Origin: Heterodontus francisci
Lineage: Eukaryota
DNA length: 64,000 nt
Assembly: GCF_036365525.1 (NCBI RefSeq)
Contig: NC_090415.1
Span: forward strand, 12,152,001-12,216,000
Direction of reading: 5' to 3'
Part shown: positions 35,540 to 48,133 of the stretch, in pieces
Position numbering within the stretch: the first letter of the stretch is position 1
How the letters are laid out: each line of letters begins with the position of its first letter
Program-made: the position numbers and the translations under genes
The notes under the pieces: generated by a model
Database searches by the model: none
Seen by the model: only the letters and a program-made list of their open reading frames with translations
What the model was told of the DNA's origin: nothing

Positions 35540-37990
35540 TGAAGACCAAGGCAAAATATTAGTATAAATTATTTGCCATTTCCCTGTTCCCCATTATCAG
35601 TTCTCCACTCACATCCTCCAAGGTCCCCACACTCACTTTAGCTACTCTCGTTCTTTTTATATAACCGGAGAAGATCTCACTGTTCATTTATATATTTCTG
35701 GCCAATTTAGAGTCACAGAGTCGTATAGTGTAGAAACAGGCCCTTCAGCCCACCGCGTCCATGCCGACCATAATACCTATCTATACTAATCCCACCTGCC
35801 TGCATTAATTCCATATCCCTCCATGCTTTGCTCATTCAAGTACCTGTCCAGATGCCTCTTAAATGTTGCTACAGTTCCTGCCTCCACCACCTCCTCAGGC
35901 AGCTCATTCCAGATATCCAGTATTCTTCGTGTGAAAAATTTACCCCTTTGATCCCCTTCAAACTTCCTCCCTTTCACCTTAAATCTATGTCCTCGAGTTT
36001 TAGTCACCCCTACCATGGGAAACAGACTCTGGCTATCTACCCTATCTATGCCTCTCATAAATATATATACGTCTATCATGTCCCCTCTCAGCCTCCTTTG
36101 CTCCAGGGAAAGCAGACACTGCCTATCCAATCTCTCTTCATAACTCAAACCCTCCAAACCAGGCAACATCCTTGTGAATCTTTTCTGCACCCTCTCTCGC
36201 TTAATCACATCTTTCCTGTAGTGTGGTGACCAGAACTACATACACACAGTACTCCAAATGTGGCCTAATTTACTGGCAGAATCAATTTTCCCCTCTCTTT
36301 ATTAGCTTTTTAGTCGTCCGCTGCTGACTCCTAAAATATTCCCAATCCCCTGGCCAGCCACTAGTTTTTGCCTCTTTGTATGCGTTAGTTTTTAATTGGA
36401 TATTGTCCTTGACAGCATTTATTAACCACAGATGGTTCATCCTTCTCTTTTTGACTGGGGTAAATTTTTGCTCAGCATTATGAAATATCTGTTTAAATGT
36501 CTGCCACTGCTCATCCACTGACCTTCCCCTTCGTCCATTTTCCCAGCCCACTTTAGACAACTCTTTCTTCATCCCACAGGAATTGCCCTTGTTTAAGTTG
36601 AGGACACTGGTTTGAGACCCGAGTTGCTCGCCCTCAAACTGAATTTGAAATTCTACCATGTAATGATCACTACCCCCTCAGACGATCCTTATCTATGATA
36701 TCTCTTGTTAATGCGACCTCATTACACATTACTAGATCGAAAATAGCTGTTTCCTGGGTCGGTTCTGCAATGAATTGATCCAAGTAACAGTCCTTGATGC
36801 ACTCTACAAATTAATCTTCAATGTTACCTCTGCCAATCTGATTTGTCCAGTCAATATGCAGATTAAAATCACTCATGACAATTCTACCGCCCTTCTTACA
36901 CAGCTCCATTATTTCCAGATTTATACTTTGCCCTACAGTGAGACAACTCTTCGGGGGCCTATAGACGACTCTCGTTCGTGACTTCTTCCCTTTGCTATTC
37001 CTTATTTCCACACAAACTGATTCCACATCGTGATCTATTGCACCTATTTCACTACTCAACACCACACTGATACCATCCTTTATTAACAAAGCTACCCCAC
37101 CTCCTTTTCCTTTTTGCCTATTTTTCCAGAACATTGTCTACCCTTGAATATTGAGTTTCCAGTCTTGGTCACCCTGCAACTACGTCTCTGTAATAGCTAT
37201 CAAGTCACATTCATTTATTTCTATTTGTGCCGCCAACTGATCTATCTTGTTACAAATGCTGTGTGCATTCAGATAAAGAGGCTTTGACTTTTTATCATTA
37301 TTATTCATTCTGGTTCTAATTTCTGCTGCACTCTTCTGCTTCTATTTTCTGCACCGATAAGTCATACTTTGATTACCATTTGCCTCTTCACTATTTTGCA
37401 CCTCAGTTCTGTCGTTTCTTTTTGATTTTTTAAACTTCCCTTCAATTGAACACCCCCTCACCCCACCCCACCCGAATTATTTAATGTCCTATCTACAACC
37501 CTAGTTATATGATTCGCCAGGACATTGGTCCCAGCATGGTCCAAATGAAGCCTGTCCCAGTGGAACAGCTCTCTCCTTCCCCAGCACTGGTGCCAGTGCT
37601 CCATGAATTGGAACCCAATTCTCCCACACCAATCTTTGAGCCATACGTTTCCCTCTATAATCTGATTTACCCGACACCAATTTGCATGTTGCTCTGGTAG
37701 CATTCTGGAGAGTATTACCTTTCTGGTTCTGCTTTTTAATTTAGCCCCGAGCTGCTCATAGGCCCTGAGCAGAAGCGGATTCCTTGTCCTACCAATGTGG
37801 ACCAAGACAGCTGGATCCTTCCCCTCCCACTCCAAGTTACTCTCCAGTCAAGAAGAGATGTCGTTAATCTTGGCACCAGGTCGGCAACACAGCCTTTGGG
37901 ACTCCCTGTTATTGATGCCAGAGAATGGAATCTATTCTCCTAAATCTGCAATCCCCTATTACTAATCCCCCCACTTGAATAGCGCTCTGA
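35540..37990 (-). mobile_element. CR1 5' half (ORF1 SGNH/esterase-like remnant + APE) with a nested CR1 3' fragment at ~35708-36268
   Basis: 37458-37835 DPAVLVHIG..LKSRTRKVILS..WLKDWC..DRLHL; 36811-37134 GKGGGVALLIK..YRPP; 35786-36208 RT C-terminus. Confidence 0.88.
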
Positions 37991-38616
37991 ACCACGGTGC
38001 TGTGGACAGTTTGCTCATCCTCCCTGCAGCCTGTGCCCTCGTCCACACAGGGAGCAAGAAGCACAAACCTATTGGATAAGGGTTAATGATATGTATATGA
38101 ATGTGGGCCACATTCTGGACTTTCAGTCTCTGGTCCTGTGTGTGAATGTAGGGTTTATTCTGAATTTGACAGTCTCTGGTACTGAATGTGTGTTTGGAAT
38201 GCATTCCTTATGTTTCTGTCTATGGGGGAGTGTGTAAGTGTGGGAGACATTCTGTATTTGTTAATGATACTGTGTCTGTATATGTGATTCATTCTTGATC
38301 AGTGAGGCTCTGCCACCCTGTTTGACTGGAGGATTCACTCTGCATCTATGTGCCTTTGTGCTGTATGTGAGTTGAGATTCTGCTGTATTCAGGACTTAAT
38401 GTGCATCTCAGGCACTGTGTTGGCAATGCTTTGTTTCACACGTTAATGTATCAATATGTGTTCACTTGTGTTTAATTTAAAATATGAATTAACAATATTT
38501 TATTGCTGTAGGTTTTATTCAATTCTTGTTTGTGAGTTGCAGCTTGGTATCCAATTTGTAGCTCTGCAAAAGCAATTATGAATGACGATCTTTCAAATTT
38601 AGAGCATGACCTGATT

Positions 38617-38965
38617 TGGGGCGGCACAGTGGCGCTGTGGTTAGCAGCCTCACAGCTCCAGTGACCCGGGTTCAATTCTGGGTACTGCCTGTGTGGAGTT
38701 TGCAAGTTCTCCCCGTGTCTGCGTGGGTTTCCTCCGGGTGCTCCGTTTCCTCCCACATGCCAAAGACTTGCTGGTTGATAGGTTAATTGGCCTTTATAAA
38801 TTGCCCCTAGTATAGGTAGGTGGTAGGGAAATATAGGGACAGGTGGGGATGTGGTAGTAATGTGGAATTAGTGTAGGATTAGTATAAAATGGGTGGTTGA
38901 TGGTCGGCACAGACTCGGTGGGCCGAAGGGCCTGCTTCAGTGCTGCATCTCTAACTAACTAACTA
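38617..38965 (+). mobile_element. Full-length HE1-type SINE
   Basis: ggggcggcacagtggcgctgtggttagc, B box gggttcaattc, (ACTA)n tail; paralog at ~28982 is empty. Confidence 0.92.
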
Positions 38966-39971
38966 TGTAATGTCAAATTCCATTGGTTTGTAGAGAATGA
39001 ATTAATCGTGCATGTTGTTGTCTGACCCTTAGTGACATGTTTGGACTGCTGTGTAATTTGTAGCTCAGTTTATATTGTGGGGTGTGTTACTGGGATTCAT
39101 TCTGTAGTTTTCATTCAGATACATTTTGCCTGTTCTGTATAAGATTTGGTATTTGAATTGTAGCCAAGGTGACACAATGTATTCAAATCAGATAATGTGT
39201 GTGTTTTTGGACTGTGATTGATGTATCTACCAATCAGTTGGAGAGAAATAGAAACAACTCCTATCTCTACTGCTCTATTTGACTATTGGATTGATAATGT
39301 GTCTCTCGACCTTGGGATCAGTCTGGGTCTGACTACTTATTTTGTTTGTTACAGTGGAAATGACGACCTGACCATGTCAGTGTGCTTTGTGACTGATACT
39401 GTACCTAATGTGTATTGGAACGAGCTGGATGCACGTTTCCTTCTGTCGAGGAATCACGACTTTCATTCTGGTTCCTTCAAGTCTTTGCCTGCGGGAAAAG
39501 AAAGGCAACTCTTATACTTGAATAACAGCTGAGTGAGAAGACAGAAAAGTGATCAATGTAATCTTTTCAATGATAAACATTCTGAACAATCAGAAAAGGA
39601 AAGTTAACAACACAAGCAGTGTCAGTGTCTGAGTCCACTGCAGTACTGCAGAACTCTGCTTCTACTTGCCAGATATTTGGAGTGGTTTTATAACAATTTT
39701 GTGACATTCAGAAACACCCCAAGCCCCGCACTGCTCCATGAATTGGAATACCCGATCGAGTAGTGACATTTGCGTAAGCCAGATTTCTATTTCCATGTTC
39801 CATTATTCAACGGACAACAAGTAAGCACTGTTTCAAAAAGTGTCTCTAATCTTCTCACCTGGTCCCTTCAAATCTGCCGCATCTTTATTGTTCAGCCATT
39901 TTTTTTCTGCTATTCACTATCCAATAACAATAAATAGTGAGATACTGGATCTGAACCAGGAACATTCATTA

Positions 39972-40107
39972 CTGAAGAAGGGACACTGACCTGAAACGTT
40001 AACTCTGCTTCTCTCTCCACAGATACAGCCAGACCTGCTGAGTATTTACAACATTTCTTGTTTTTATTTCAGATTTCCAGCATCCGCAGTATTTTGCTTT
40101 TTATTAT
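39972..40107 (+). mobile_element. Short PLE-derived insertion with hammerhead motif and 14-bp TSD
   Basis: ctgaagaagggacactgacctgaaacgttaactc; aacattcattactg at 39961-39974 and 40108-40121; empty site ~30335-30348. Confidence 0.87.
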
Positions 40108-40439
40108 AACATTCATTACTGTTTGGAGAGAGAAATCAGCAATGATTTTCAATAGTGAGTTCATCATATTCTGTCTCTCTCTCCCTGTCCAGACACTGCC
40201 TGAGAAAGACCTCTCCCTTCCCCCCCCAGCTCACTCCATGTTCCAGGACCAGTTCCTGCTCCACAATGTACATTACAAACTGTCCCCCACTCCGGCTGAA
40301 TGTACCCGGTAATCAATGCTAATCTATGAGCACATCGGCAGACACGGGCCCAAATCTGTTGTACTGCTGTGAGCAGATACTGTTTGTTCACTTACCCCAG
40401 GCTTGTAATGTCTCCATTTGCAGCTGATTTAAACAATCG

Positions 40440-40550
40440 TCCGCTCACTCAGTGAATGACGCTCAGAGGCAGTGCTGGGGGAAGGGGTGCGCATGCGCTC
40501 ATCTCATTTTGACGTCCAATTAGACTGGCCTATATCGCGCGTGCGCAGAT
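40440..40550. promoter_or_regulatory. NRF1/CRE-type promoter (paralog of 10915-11070)
   Basis: TGCGCATGCGC 40488-40498, TGACGT 40510-40515, GCGCGTGCGCA 40537-40547. Confidence 0.6.
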
Positions 40551-42234
40551 CTCTGCAGCAATTCAGCATTCAAAATTCAATGGGAACTTTCCCCATTTCA
40601 CATTCATCAATGTCCGATTTGAAAAGCCGAACATGGGGTTAGGGTGGAGGGAGGGAGGGGAGGTGTGGGGCAACATGTAACATATAAAACTGGCAGCTAG
40701 TCCAATGTAGATGTTCAAATTGTGATCTGTCTCTGCAGGGTGTTTGTTATTATTGAGCCTCTCCTCTCAAAACAATCGGACAGAAACATGGGAAGACTGA
40801 GGGATCCGGTGTGTTTGCTGGGACTTTACAGAGTTAATTTCAGCCAGTAAAATGTTGTTTTACCCGGGTAAAACCCGAGGTCAATGAGAGTAATGTCGGA
40901 GGGCGCTCTTCCTCATTTTATTCGAAACAAGAGACACAGGCACGGAAGTACCGCGATTACACCGGACACACAATTACAGTGACAATAGAGTTCCAGCTCC
41001 CGGTTGTTAAATGTCCTCATGTTGACAGTCTTTGCTGTGATTCTCAGGGGTTAGTTCCCGATGCCTAGGTCTGTATCCCTTAAACACTCTGAGCCAGGAG
41101 ATCCTCGCAGTCCCTGTTGTAATATTGATGGACAGGAATTTTTCCAATCTTTGGCCGAGTCGATCATAACCTGCTGTTCAATCATAGTCTTAGTCAAAGA
41201 ATTAATGAGACATTCTGTTCACTACTCAGGCCTTGAACTCGGTTTGAGCAGACCAAAAACTGAAAGGTTCAGCACTTTTGCAGATAGAGCAGGTAAAGCT
41301 GGATAGAGGGACTCAGGGTGAATCCTACACACACAGGATAGAAGCAGTGACAGGTACTCAGGGAGGGGAACTGGTGTCGTTTCTGTTACCTATGTGTGTT
41401 CAGACCATCAGTATTAGTCCAAAACTTAGTCTGAACAGGTGCCTCCAAAAACCTGCAAATGCAGAATCCGGAAGCAGCTGTTTTGCTCAGAAATTGGTCG
41501 TAGCAGGAGAACCCCTGGCTGAGTGTGGAAACATTTTAGATATGTCCTCAAATCATCTCTCATTTGGGAAGATAGTTTACCCTTCTGGGAAATTTGTTGG
41601 TAACATGTGAAGTCGAGGCTCGAAGGCAGCATCCATACCTCCAAACGGGTCATTTACCTGAACCCTTCTCACACCACCTAACCCTCATGTGGCAGAGTCT
41701 GCAGATCATGCATTGGATTTATCAGCTATTTCAGAACCCATCAAACTGGAGTGTAAAAAGTCATCCATAATCGCAGGGGACTGTCTGAGATGGAGGAGAA
41801 TAAATAGGTCAATATGACCATCATCAATAATAATAAAGTGCAGAGGGAGGAGAGCGAGAGGAGGGAGATAGAATAGAGAGGGCAAGTGGGGACAGAAAAT
41901 GTCCTGTGATTATTGGACAAAATAGACCTACAAGGTACAAACTCAAGTTCTGTGATCAAGTCTGAGAGTTTATTAAGCTTAACTAAAATAGATAAAGTGA
42001 ATGTTTAACAACAGCAATAGGTTTGCAGCATCACTCAGCACCGGTTCTCGCTTCTGTGCTTACTGGGGCACGAGCTTTTCTCTTTCTGCTTCCCTTGCTG
42101 TGTTTTTTTGACCGGAGTCTATCTTTTCCTTCTAAGTGCGCCAATGATGTTCCGTGGACACCACTCCAAGTGCCGACAATGTCCCCTAACACCCTTTCTT
42201 TGATCCCTCCTGGGGTGCAAGGATGTTACCATAT

Positions 42235-43425
42235 TAGAACATAGAACATAGAACAGTACAGGCCCTTTGGCCCACGATGTTGTGCCGAACCTTTAATCTA
42301 CTCAAAGATCAAACTCATTACCTACCCTTCATTCTACTATCATCCATGTACCCATCCAAGAATCACTTAAATGCCCCTAATGTATCTGCTTCTACTACCA
42401 CCGCTGGCAGCGCATTCCACGCACCCACCACTCTCTGTGTAAAGACCCTACCTCTGACATCTCCACGAAACCTTCCTCCAACCTTAAAATTATGCCCCCT
42501 GGTGATAGCCCTTTCCACCCTGGGAAAAAGTCTCTGGCTATCCACTCTATCTATGACTCTCATCATCTTGTACTCCTCTAGCAAGTCACCTCTCATCCTT
42601 CTTTGCTCCAATGAGAAAAGCCCTAGCTCCCTCAACCTTTCTTCGTAAGACATGCCCTCCAGTCCAGGCAGCATCCTGGTAAATCTCCTCTGCACCCTCT
42701 CTAAAACGTCCACATCCTTCCTATAATGAGGCGACCGGAACTGAACACAATATTCCAAGTGTGGTCGAACCAGGGCTTTATTGAGCTGCAGCATAACCTC
42801 ACGGCTCTTAAACTCAATCCCCCTGTTAATGAAAGCCAACACACCATACGCCTTCTTAACAACCCTATCAACTTGGGTGGCAACTTTGAGCGATCTATGG
42901 ACATGGACCCCAAGATCCCTCTGTTCCTCCACACTACCAAGAATCCTGTCTTTAAGCCTGTATTCTGCATTCAAATTCGACCTTCCAAAATGAATCACTT
43001 CACACTTTTCCAGGTTGAACTCCATCTGCCACTTCTCAGCCCAGCTCTGCATCCTGTCAATGTCCCGTTGCAACCTACAACAGCCTTCCACACTATCCAC
43101 AACTCCAGCAATCTTCGTGTCATCGGCAAACTTGCTAACCCAGCCTTCCACTTCCTCATCCAAGTCATTTATAAAAATCACAAAGAGCTGAGGTCCCAGA
43201 ACAGATCCTTGTGGAACACCACTGGTCACCGAGCTCCAGGCTGAATACTTTTCATCTACTACCACCCTCTGACTTCTTTGGGCCACCCAATTTTGTATCC
43301 AGGCAGCCAACTTTCCCTGAATCCCATGCCTCCTTACTTTCTGAATGAGCCGACCATGGAGAACCTTATCAAACGCCTTGCTAAAATCCATATACACCAC
43401 ACCCACTGCTCTTCCTTCATCAATG
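42235..43425 (-). mobile_element. Young 5'-truncated CR1 LINE
   Basis: Open 347-aa RT ORF 42363-43406 (FADD); tail (TGTTCTA)n. Confidence 0.95.
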
Positions 43426-44169
43426 TGTTTTGTTTAGCTTTGAATTGTTCGAAGTATATTAATTGGACCATGTTGACATCATTGTTTGATCCCAGTAAGT
43501 TAATGGTTCAATCTACACACATTACAGATGCTTCCTCTTTCTATTTCAGCAAGGAGACTAAAGGCCACATTCTTGCTGAAGGAAGTCATTTTTTTGCAAT
43601 TCTGCAGTTTCTCATTGATCTCATCTCACCCTCTGTCAGGATGCTGTGGTGTTCAACCCATCTCTCCCATTGTTCTTCCATAGAGGTTTTAACGGACTAT
43701 AGCCTTGTCATGTCATTTCATAATGAAGTAAGCATTAGCTCAAACAGACTGTCATATATTGATGTGCATAGCATACAATTAGTCCTATTATTTTAGCTGT
43801 CCTTATTATTCACAAACGCAAAATATGTCGCGGTTCATCACCCCCACATTGTGGGACTCCTCCTGCTGCACGTTTTCTTTATGTCGTGACTCAGTGCATC
43901 ATCCACACAGACACATCTCTCAACAAGACATTTTGACATATTCCTGTGAAGATGACCGTCATGCTTTGCCATCCAGCCTTGACATAGCAGTTCTTGCATA
44001 AATGTAAGCCATGGAAATGCTCTAACCTTTACAAAGAGTATAGCAGTGTTCAGGTGATACAGAAAATCCAGTGAATTGGGCAGAGACAATCAGTTGATCT
44101 ATCAAAGTCTCTTAGTTTTATGCTCCTATCTATACTACTTACTCCACAACTATTCATTTGCACCTGAAA

Positions 44170-44520
44170 AGCTTGGATAGATGGCTCTGGATTGTGTTCT
44201 ATAAGTAAAGGGTTGTTCTCCTTTGAGAAATGGAGATTGAGAGGAGGTTTGTTAGAGGTGTATATAAGTTAGACAAGGATAACCTGTTCCCATTAGCTGA
44301 TGGTACAAGGACTAGGAGACACAGACTGATGGTTTATGGCAAGAGATGGAAGGGAATGTGGGGAAGAACTTTTTCTGTTTTACCTGCTGGAACTCGCTGT
44401 CCACAAGTGTGGTGGAAGGAGAGACAATCAATGATTTCAATAAGAAACTGGATAAGCACTTGAAGGAAACAAACTTGCTGCAGGGCGAAGCTGATCAAGC
44501 AAGGAAGTGAATCTGATTGG
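44170..44520 (+). mobile_element. Degenerate CR1 3' fragment
   Basis: VYKLDKDNLFPLADGTRTRRHRL. Confidence 0.65.
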
Positions 44521-44726
44521 ATGTTGAGAATATTTTGTAAGTCTTATTTCTGAATTTACATTGACATTTTTTAAACTGCAAAATTCCACAGCACACTTGA
44601 CCATCAACTTTAAGGGAGAAGAACATGGATGTTGAGAATATTTGTCACCTTCAATTCAGTCATGGCTTTTCATTTGTCACATTCTATAGCAAGGTTGCAG
44701 AAATATATTTGACCGCGAGTGGGCAT

Positions 44727-44798
44727 TGCGATGACCGGGAATCTAACCTGGGTCAATTGTTTGGAAGGCCGATATACTCACCACTATACCAGCATCGC
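44727..44798 (-). pseudogene. tRNA-Gly(TCC) pseudogene
   Basis: Minus strand GCGATGCTGGTATAGTGGTGAGTATATCGGCCTTCCAAACAATTGACCCAGGTTAGATTCCCGGTCATCGCA (72 nt); resembles vertebrate tRNA-Gly-TCC but anticodon stem is broken and T-loop reads TTAGA. Confidence 0.85.
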
Positions 44799-44949
44799 TG
44801 GCATACATGTAGCTCGTCATTTATACAGTATACACACCAGAGCTCATTGGAACTCAAATGTCATTTCAACCATTTCAATCTGCACCTTAACACCACGTTC
44901 ATGTTCCCATTGGAGGATAGAATCATGGAATGGTTACATCATCTCCGAG

Positions 44950-45150
44950 AAACCGAGAAAATTCTAACAAGACTGGACAGACTAGATGTAGGAAGGATGT
45001 TCCTGATGGCGGGGGAGTCCAGGACCAGGGGTGATAGTCTAAAGATAAGGGCTAAGACATTTAAGACTGAGATGAGGAGGGATTTCTTCACCCAGGGAGT
45101 AGTGAACCTGTGGAATTCTCTACCACAGAAAAGAGTTGAGGCCAAATTAT
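44950..45150 (+). mobile_element. CR1 3' fragment
   Basis: KILTRLDRLDVGRMF..FFTQGVVNLWNSLP. Confidence 0.8.
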
Positions 45151-45274
45151 TAACTAAATTCATACAAGAGTTTGTACTACTGGATTCGGGCATTTAGATG
45201 CTCATCAGATGAAATGCATTTTGATTTCCTCTTATATTTGTAAGGCGTTTTTTTTTAAACAGTACTACCTTTTA

Positions 45275-45520
45275 GGGCCACACAGTGATGAACACCGAAA
45301 ACTCACAGCCCCAACGACCAGAGTTCAGTTCTGGGGACTGCCTGTGCGGAGTTTGCAAGTTCTCCCTGTGACGTGGGTTTCCGCCAGGTGCTCCGGTTTG
45401 CTCCCACAGCCAAACACTTGCAGGTTGATAGGTAAATTGGCCATTGTGAATTCCCCCTCGTGCAGGTAGGAGAATTGAGGGAAGATAGGAATGTGGTAGG
45501 GAATATGGGATTAATATAGG
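45275..45520 (+). mobile_element. HE1-type SINE, 3'-truncated
   Basis: gggccacacagtgatgaacacc..V-domain..gggattaatatagga, directly followed by RTE sequence. Confidence 0.75.
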
Positions 45521-48133
45521 AATACCAACTCGTTCTTTCACACTAAACCCTGTCACCAGGTTTCATGGAGGCACCCAAGATCACATCGTTGGCACCAGCT
45601 AGACCTCATTGTCACAAGGCGAGCCGCCTTAAACAGTGTTGAAATCACACGCAGCTTCCACAGTGCGGACTGCGACACCGACCACTCCCTGGTGTGCAGC
45701 AAGGTTAGACTCAGACCAAAGAAGTTGCATCATTCCAAGCAGAAGGGCCACCCGCGCATCAACACGAGCAGAATTTCTCACCCACAGCTGTTACAAAAAT
45801 TTCTAAATTCACTTGTAACAGCCCTTCAAAACACTCCCACAGGGGATGCTGAGACCAAGTGGGCCCACATCAGAGACGCCATCTATGAGTCAGCTTTGAC
45901 CACCTACGGCAAAAGTGCGAAGAGAAATGCAGACTGGTTTCAATCTCATAATGAAGAGCTGGAACCTGTCATAGCCGCTAAGCGCATTGCACTGTTGAAC
46001 TACAAGAAAGCCCCCAGCGATTTAACATCCGCAGCACTTAAAGCAGCCAGAAGTACTGCACAAAGAACAGCTAGGCGTTGCGCAAACAACTACTGGCAAC
46101 ACCTATGCAGTCATATTCAGCTGGCCTCAGACACCGGAAACATCAGAGGAATGTATGATGGCATGAAGAGAGCTCTTGGGCCAACCATCAAGAAGATCAC
46201 CCCCCTCAAATCTAAATCGGGGGACATAATCACTGACCAACGCAAACAGATGGACTGCTGGGTTGAGCACTACCTGGAACTGTACTCCAGGGAGAATGCT
46301 GTCACTGAGACTGCCCTCAATGCAGCCCAGCCTCTACCAGTCATGGATGAGCTGGACATACAGCCAACCAAATCGGAACTCAGTGATGCCATTGATTCTC
46401 TAGCCAGTGGAAAAGCCCCTGGGAAGGACAGCATTACCCCTGAAATAATCAAGAGTGCCAAGCCTGCTATACTCTCAGCACTACATGAACTGCTATGCCT
46501 GTGCTGGGACGAGGGAGCAGTACCCCAGGACATGCGCGATGCCAACATCATCACCCTCTATAAAAACAAAGGTGACCGCGGTGACTGCAACAACTACCGT
46601 GGAATCTCCCTGCTCAGCATAGTGGGGAAAGTCTTTGCTCGAGTCGCTCTGAACAGGCTCCAGAAGCTGGCCGAGCACGTCTACCCTGAGGCACAGTGTG
46701 GCTTTCGTGCAGAGAGATCGACCATTGACATGCTGTTCTCCCTTTGTCAGATACAGGAGAAATGCCGTGAACAACAGATGCCCCTCTACATTGCTTTCAT
46801 TGATCTCACCTAAGCCTTTGACCTCGTCAGCAGACGTGGTCTCTTCAGACTACTAGAAAAGATCGGATGTCCACCAAAGCTACTAAGTAACATCACCTCA
46901 TTCCATGACAATATGAAAGGCACAATTCAACATGGTGGCTCCTCATCAGAGCCCTTTCCTATCCTGAGTGGTGTGAAACAGGGCTGTGTTCTCGCAAACA
47001 CACATTTTGGGATTTTCTTCTCCCTGCTGCTTTCACATGCGTTCAAATCCTCTGAAGAAGGAATTTTCCTCCACACAAGATCAGGGGGCAGGTTGTTCAA
47101 CCTTGCCCGTCTAAGAGCGAAGTCCAAAGTACGGAAAGCCCTCATCAGAGAACTCCTCTTTGCTGACGATGCTGCTTTAACATCTCACACTGAAGAGTGC
47201 CTGCAGAGTCTCATCGACAGGTTTGCGTCTGCCTGCAATGAATTTGGCCTAACCATCAGCCTCAAGAAAACGAACATCATGGGGCAGGACGTCAGAAATG
47301 CTCCATCCATCAATATTGGCGACCACGCTCTGGAAGTGGTTCAAGCGTTCACCTACCTCGGCTCAACTATCACCAGTAACCTGCCTCTAGATGCAGAAAT
47401 CAACAAGCGCATGGGTAAGGCTTCCACTGCTATGTCCAGACTGGCCAAGAGAGTGTGGGAAAATGGCGCACTGACACGGAACACAAAAGTCCGAGTGTAT
47501 CAAGCCTGTGTCCTCAGTACCTTGCTCTATGGCAGCGAGGCCTGGACAACGTATGTCAGCCAAGAGCGACGTCTCAATTCATTCCATCTTCGCTGCCTCC
47601 GGAGAATACTTGGCATCAGGTGGCACGACCGTATCTCCAACACAGAAGTCCTTGAAGCGGCCAACACCCCCAGTTTATACACACTACTGAGTCAGCGGTG
47701 CTTGAGATGGCTTGGCCATGTGAGCTGCATGGAAGATGGCAGGATCCCCAAAGACACATTGTACAGCGAGCTCGCCACTGGTTTCAGACCCATCGGCCGT
47801 CCATGTCTCCGCTTTAAAGACGTCTGCAAACGCGACATGAAATCCTGTGACATTGATCACAAGTCGTGGGAGTCAGTTGCCAGCGTTCGCCAGAGCTGGC
47901 GGACAGCCATAAACGCGGGGCTAAAGTGTGGTGAGTTCCTGCAGTTGGCAGGAAATAAGACAGAGGCACAAGGGAAGAGCCAACTGTGTAACAGCCCCAA
48001 CAATCAATTTTTTCTGCAGCACCTGTGGAAGAGCCTGTCACTCTAGAATTATCCTTTATAGCCACTCCAGGCACTGCTCCACACACCACTGACCACATCC
48101 ATTGTCTGTGGAGATAAGGAGGCCAAAGAAGAA
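45521..48133 (+). mobile_element. RTE-clade LINE, 5'-truncated (APE C-terminus + RT)
   Basis: SWRHPRSHRWHQLD, DCDTDHSLV, NYRGISLL, PEAQCGFR, FIDLT*AFD (stop 46811-46813), GVKQGCVL, LLFADD, LLYGSEAW, RWLGHV; (GAA)n tail. Confidence 0.92.

Noticed and set aside
38617-38690. tRNA-like A/B boxes as tRNA genes
   Set aside because: They are heads of HE1 SINEs, followed by the V-domain and LINE-like tail
40635-40670. G-quadruplex-capable tract with one TTAGGG
   Set aside because: Not conserved in the paralogous promoter; a single telomeric hexamer is expected by chance
44519-44647. ~20-bp direct repeat ggatgttgagaatattt
   Set aside because: Could be a TSD or small duplication, but the enclosed ~90 bp has no recognisable element
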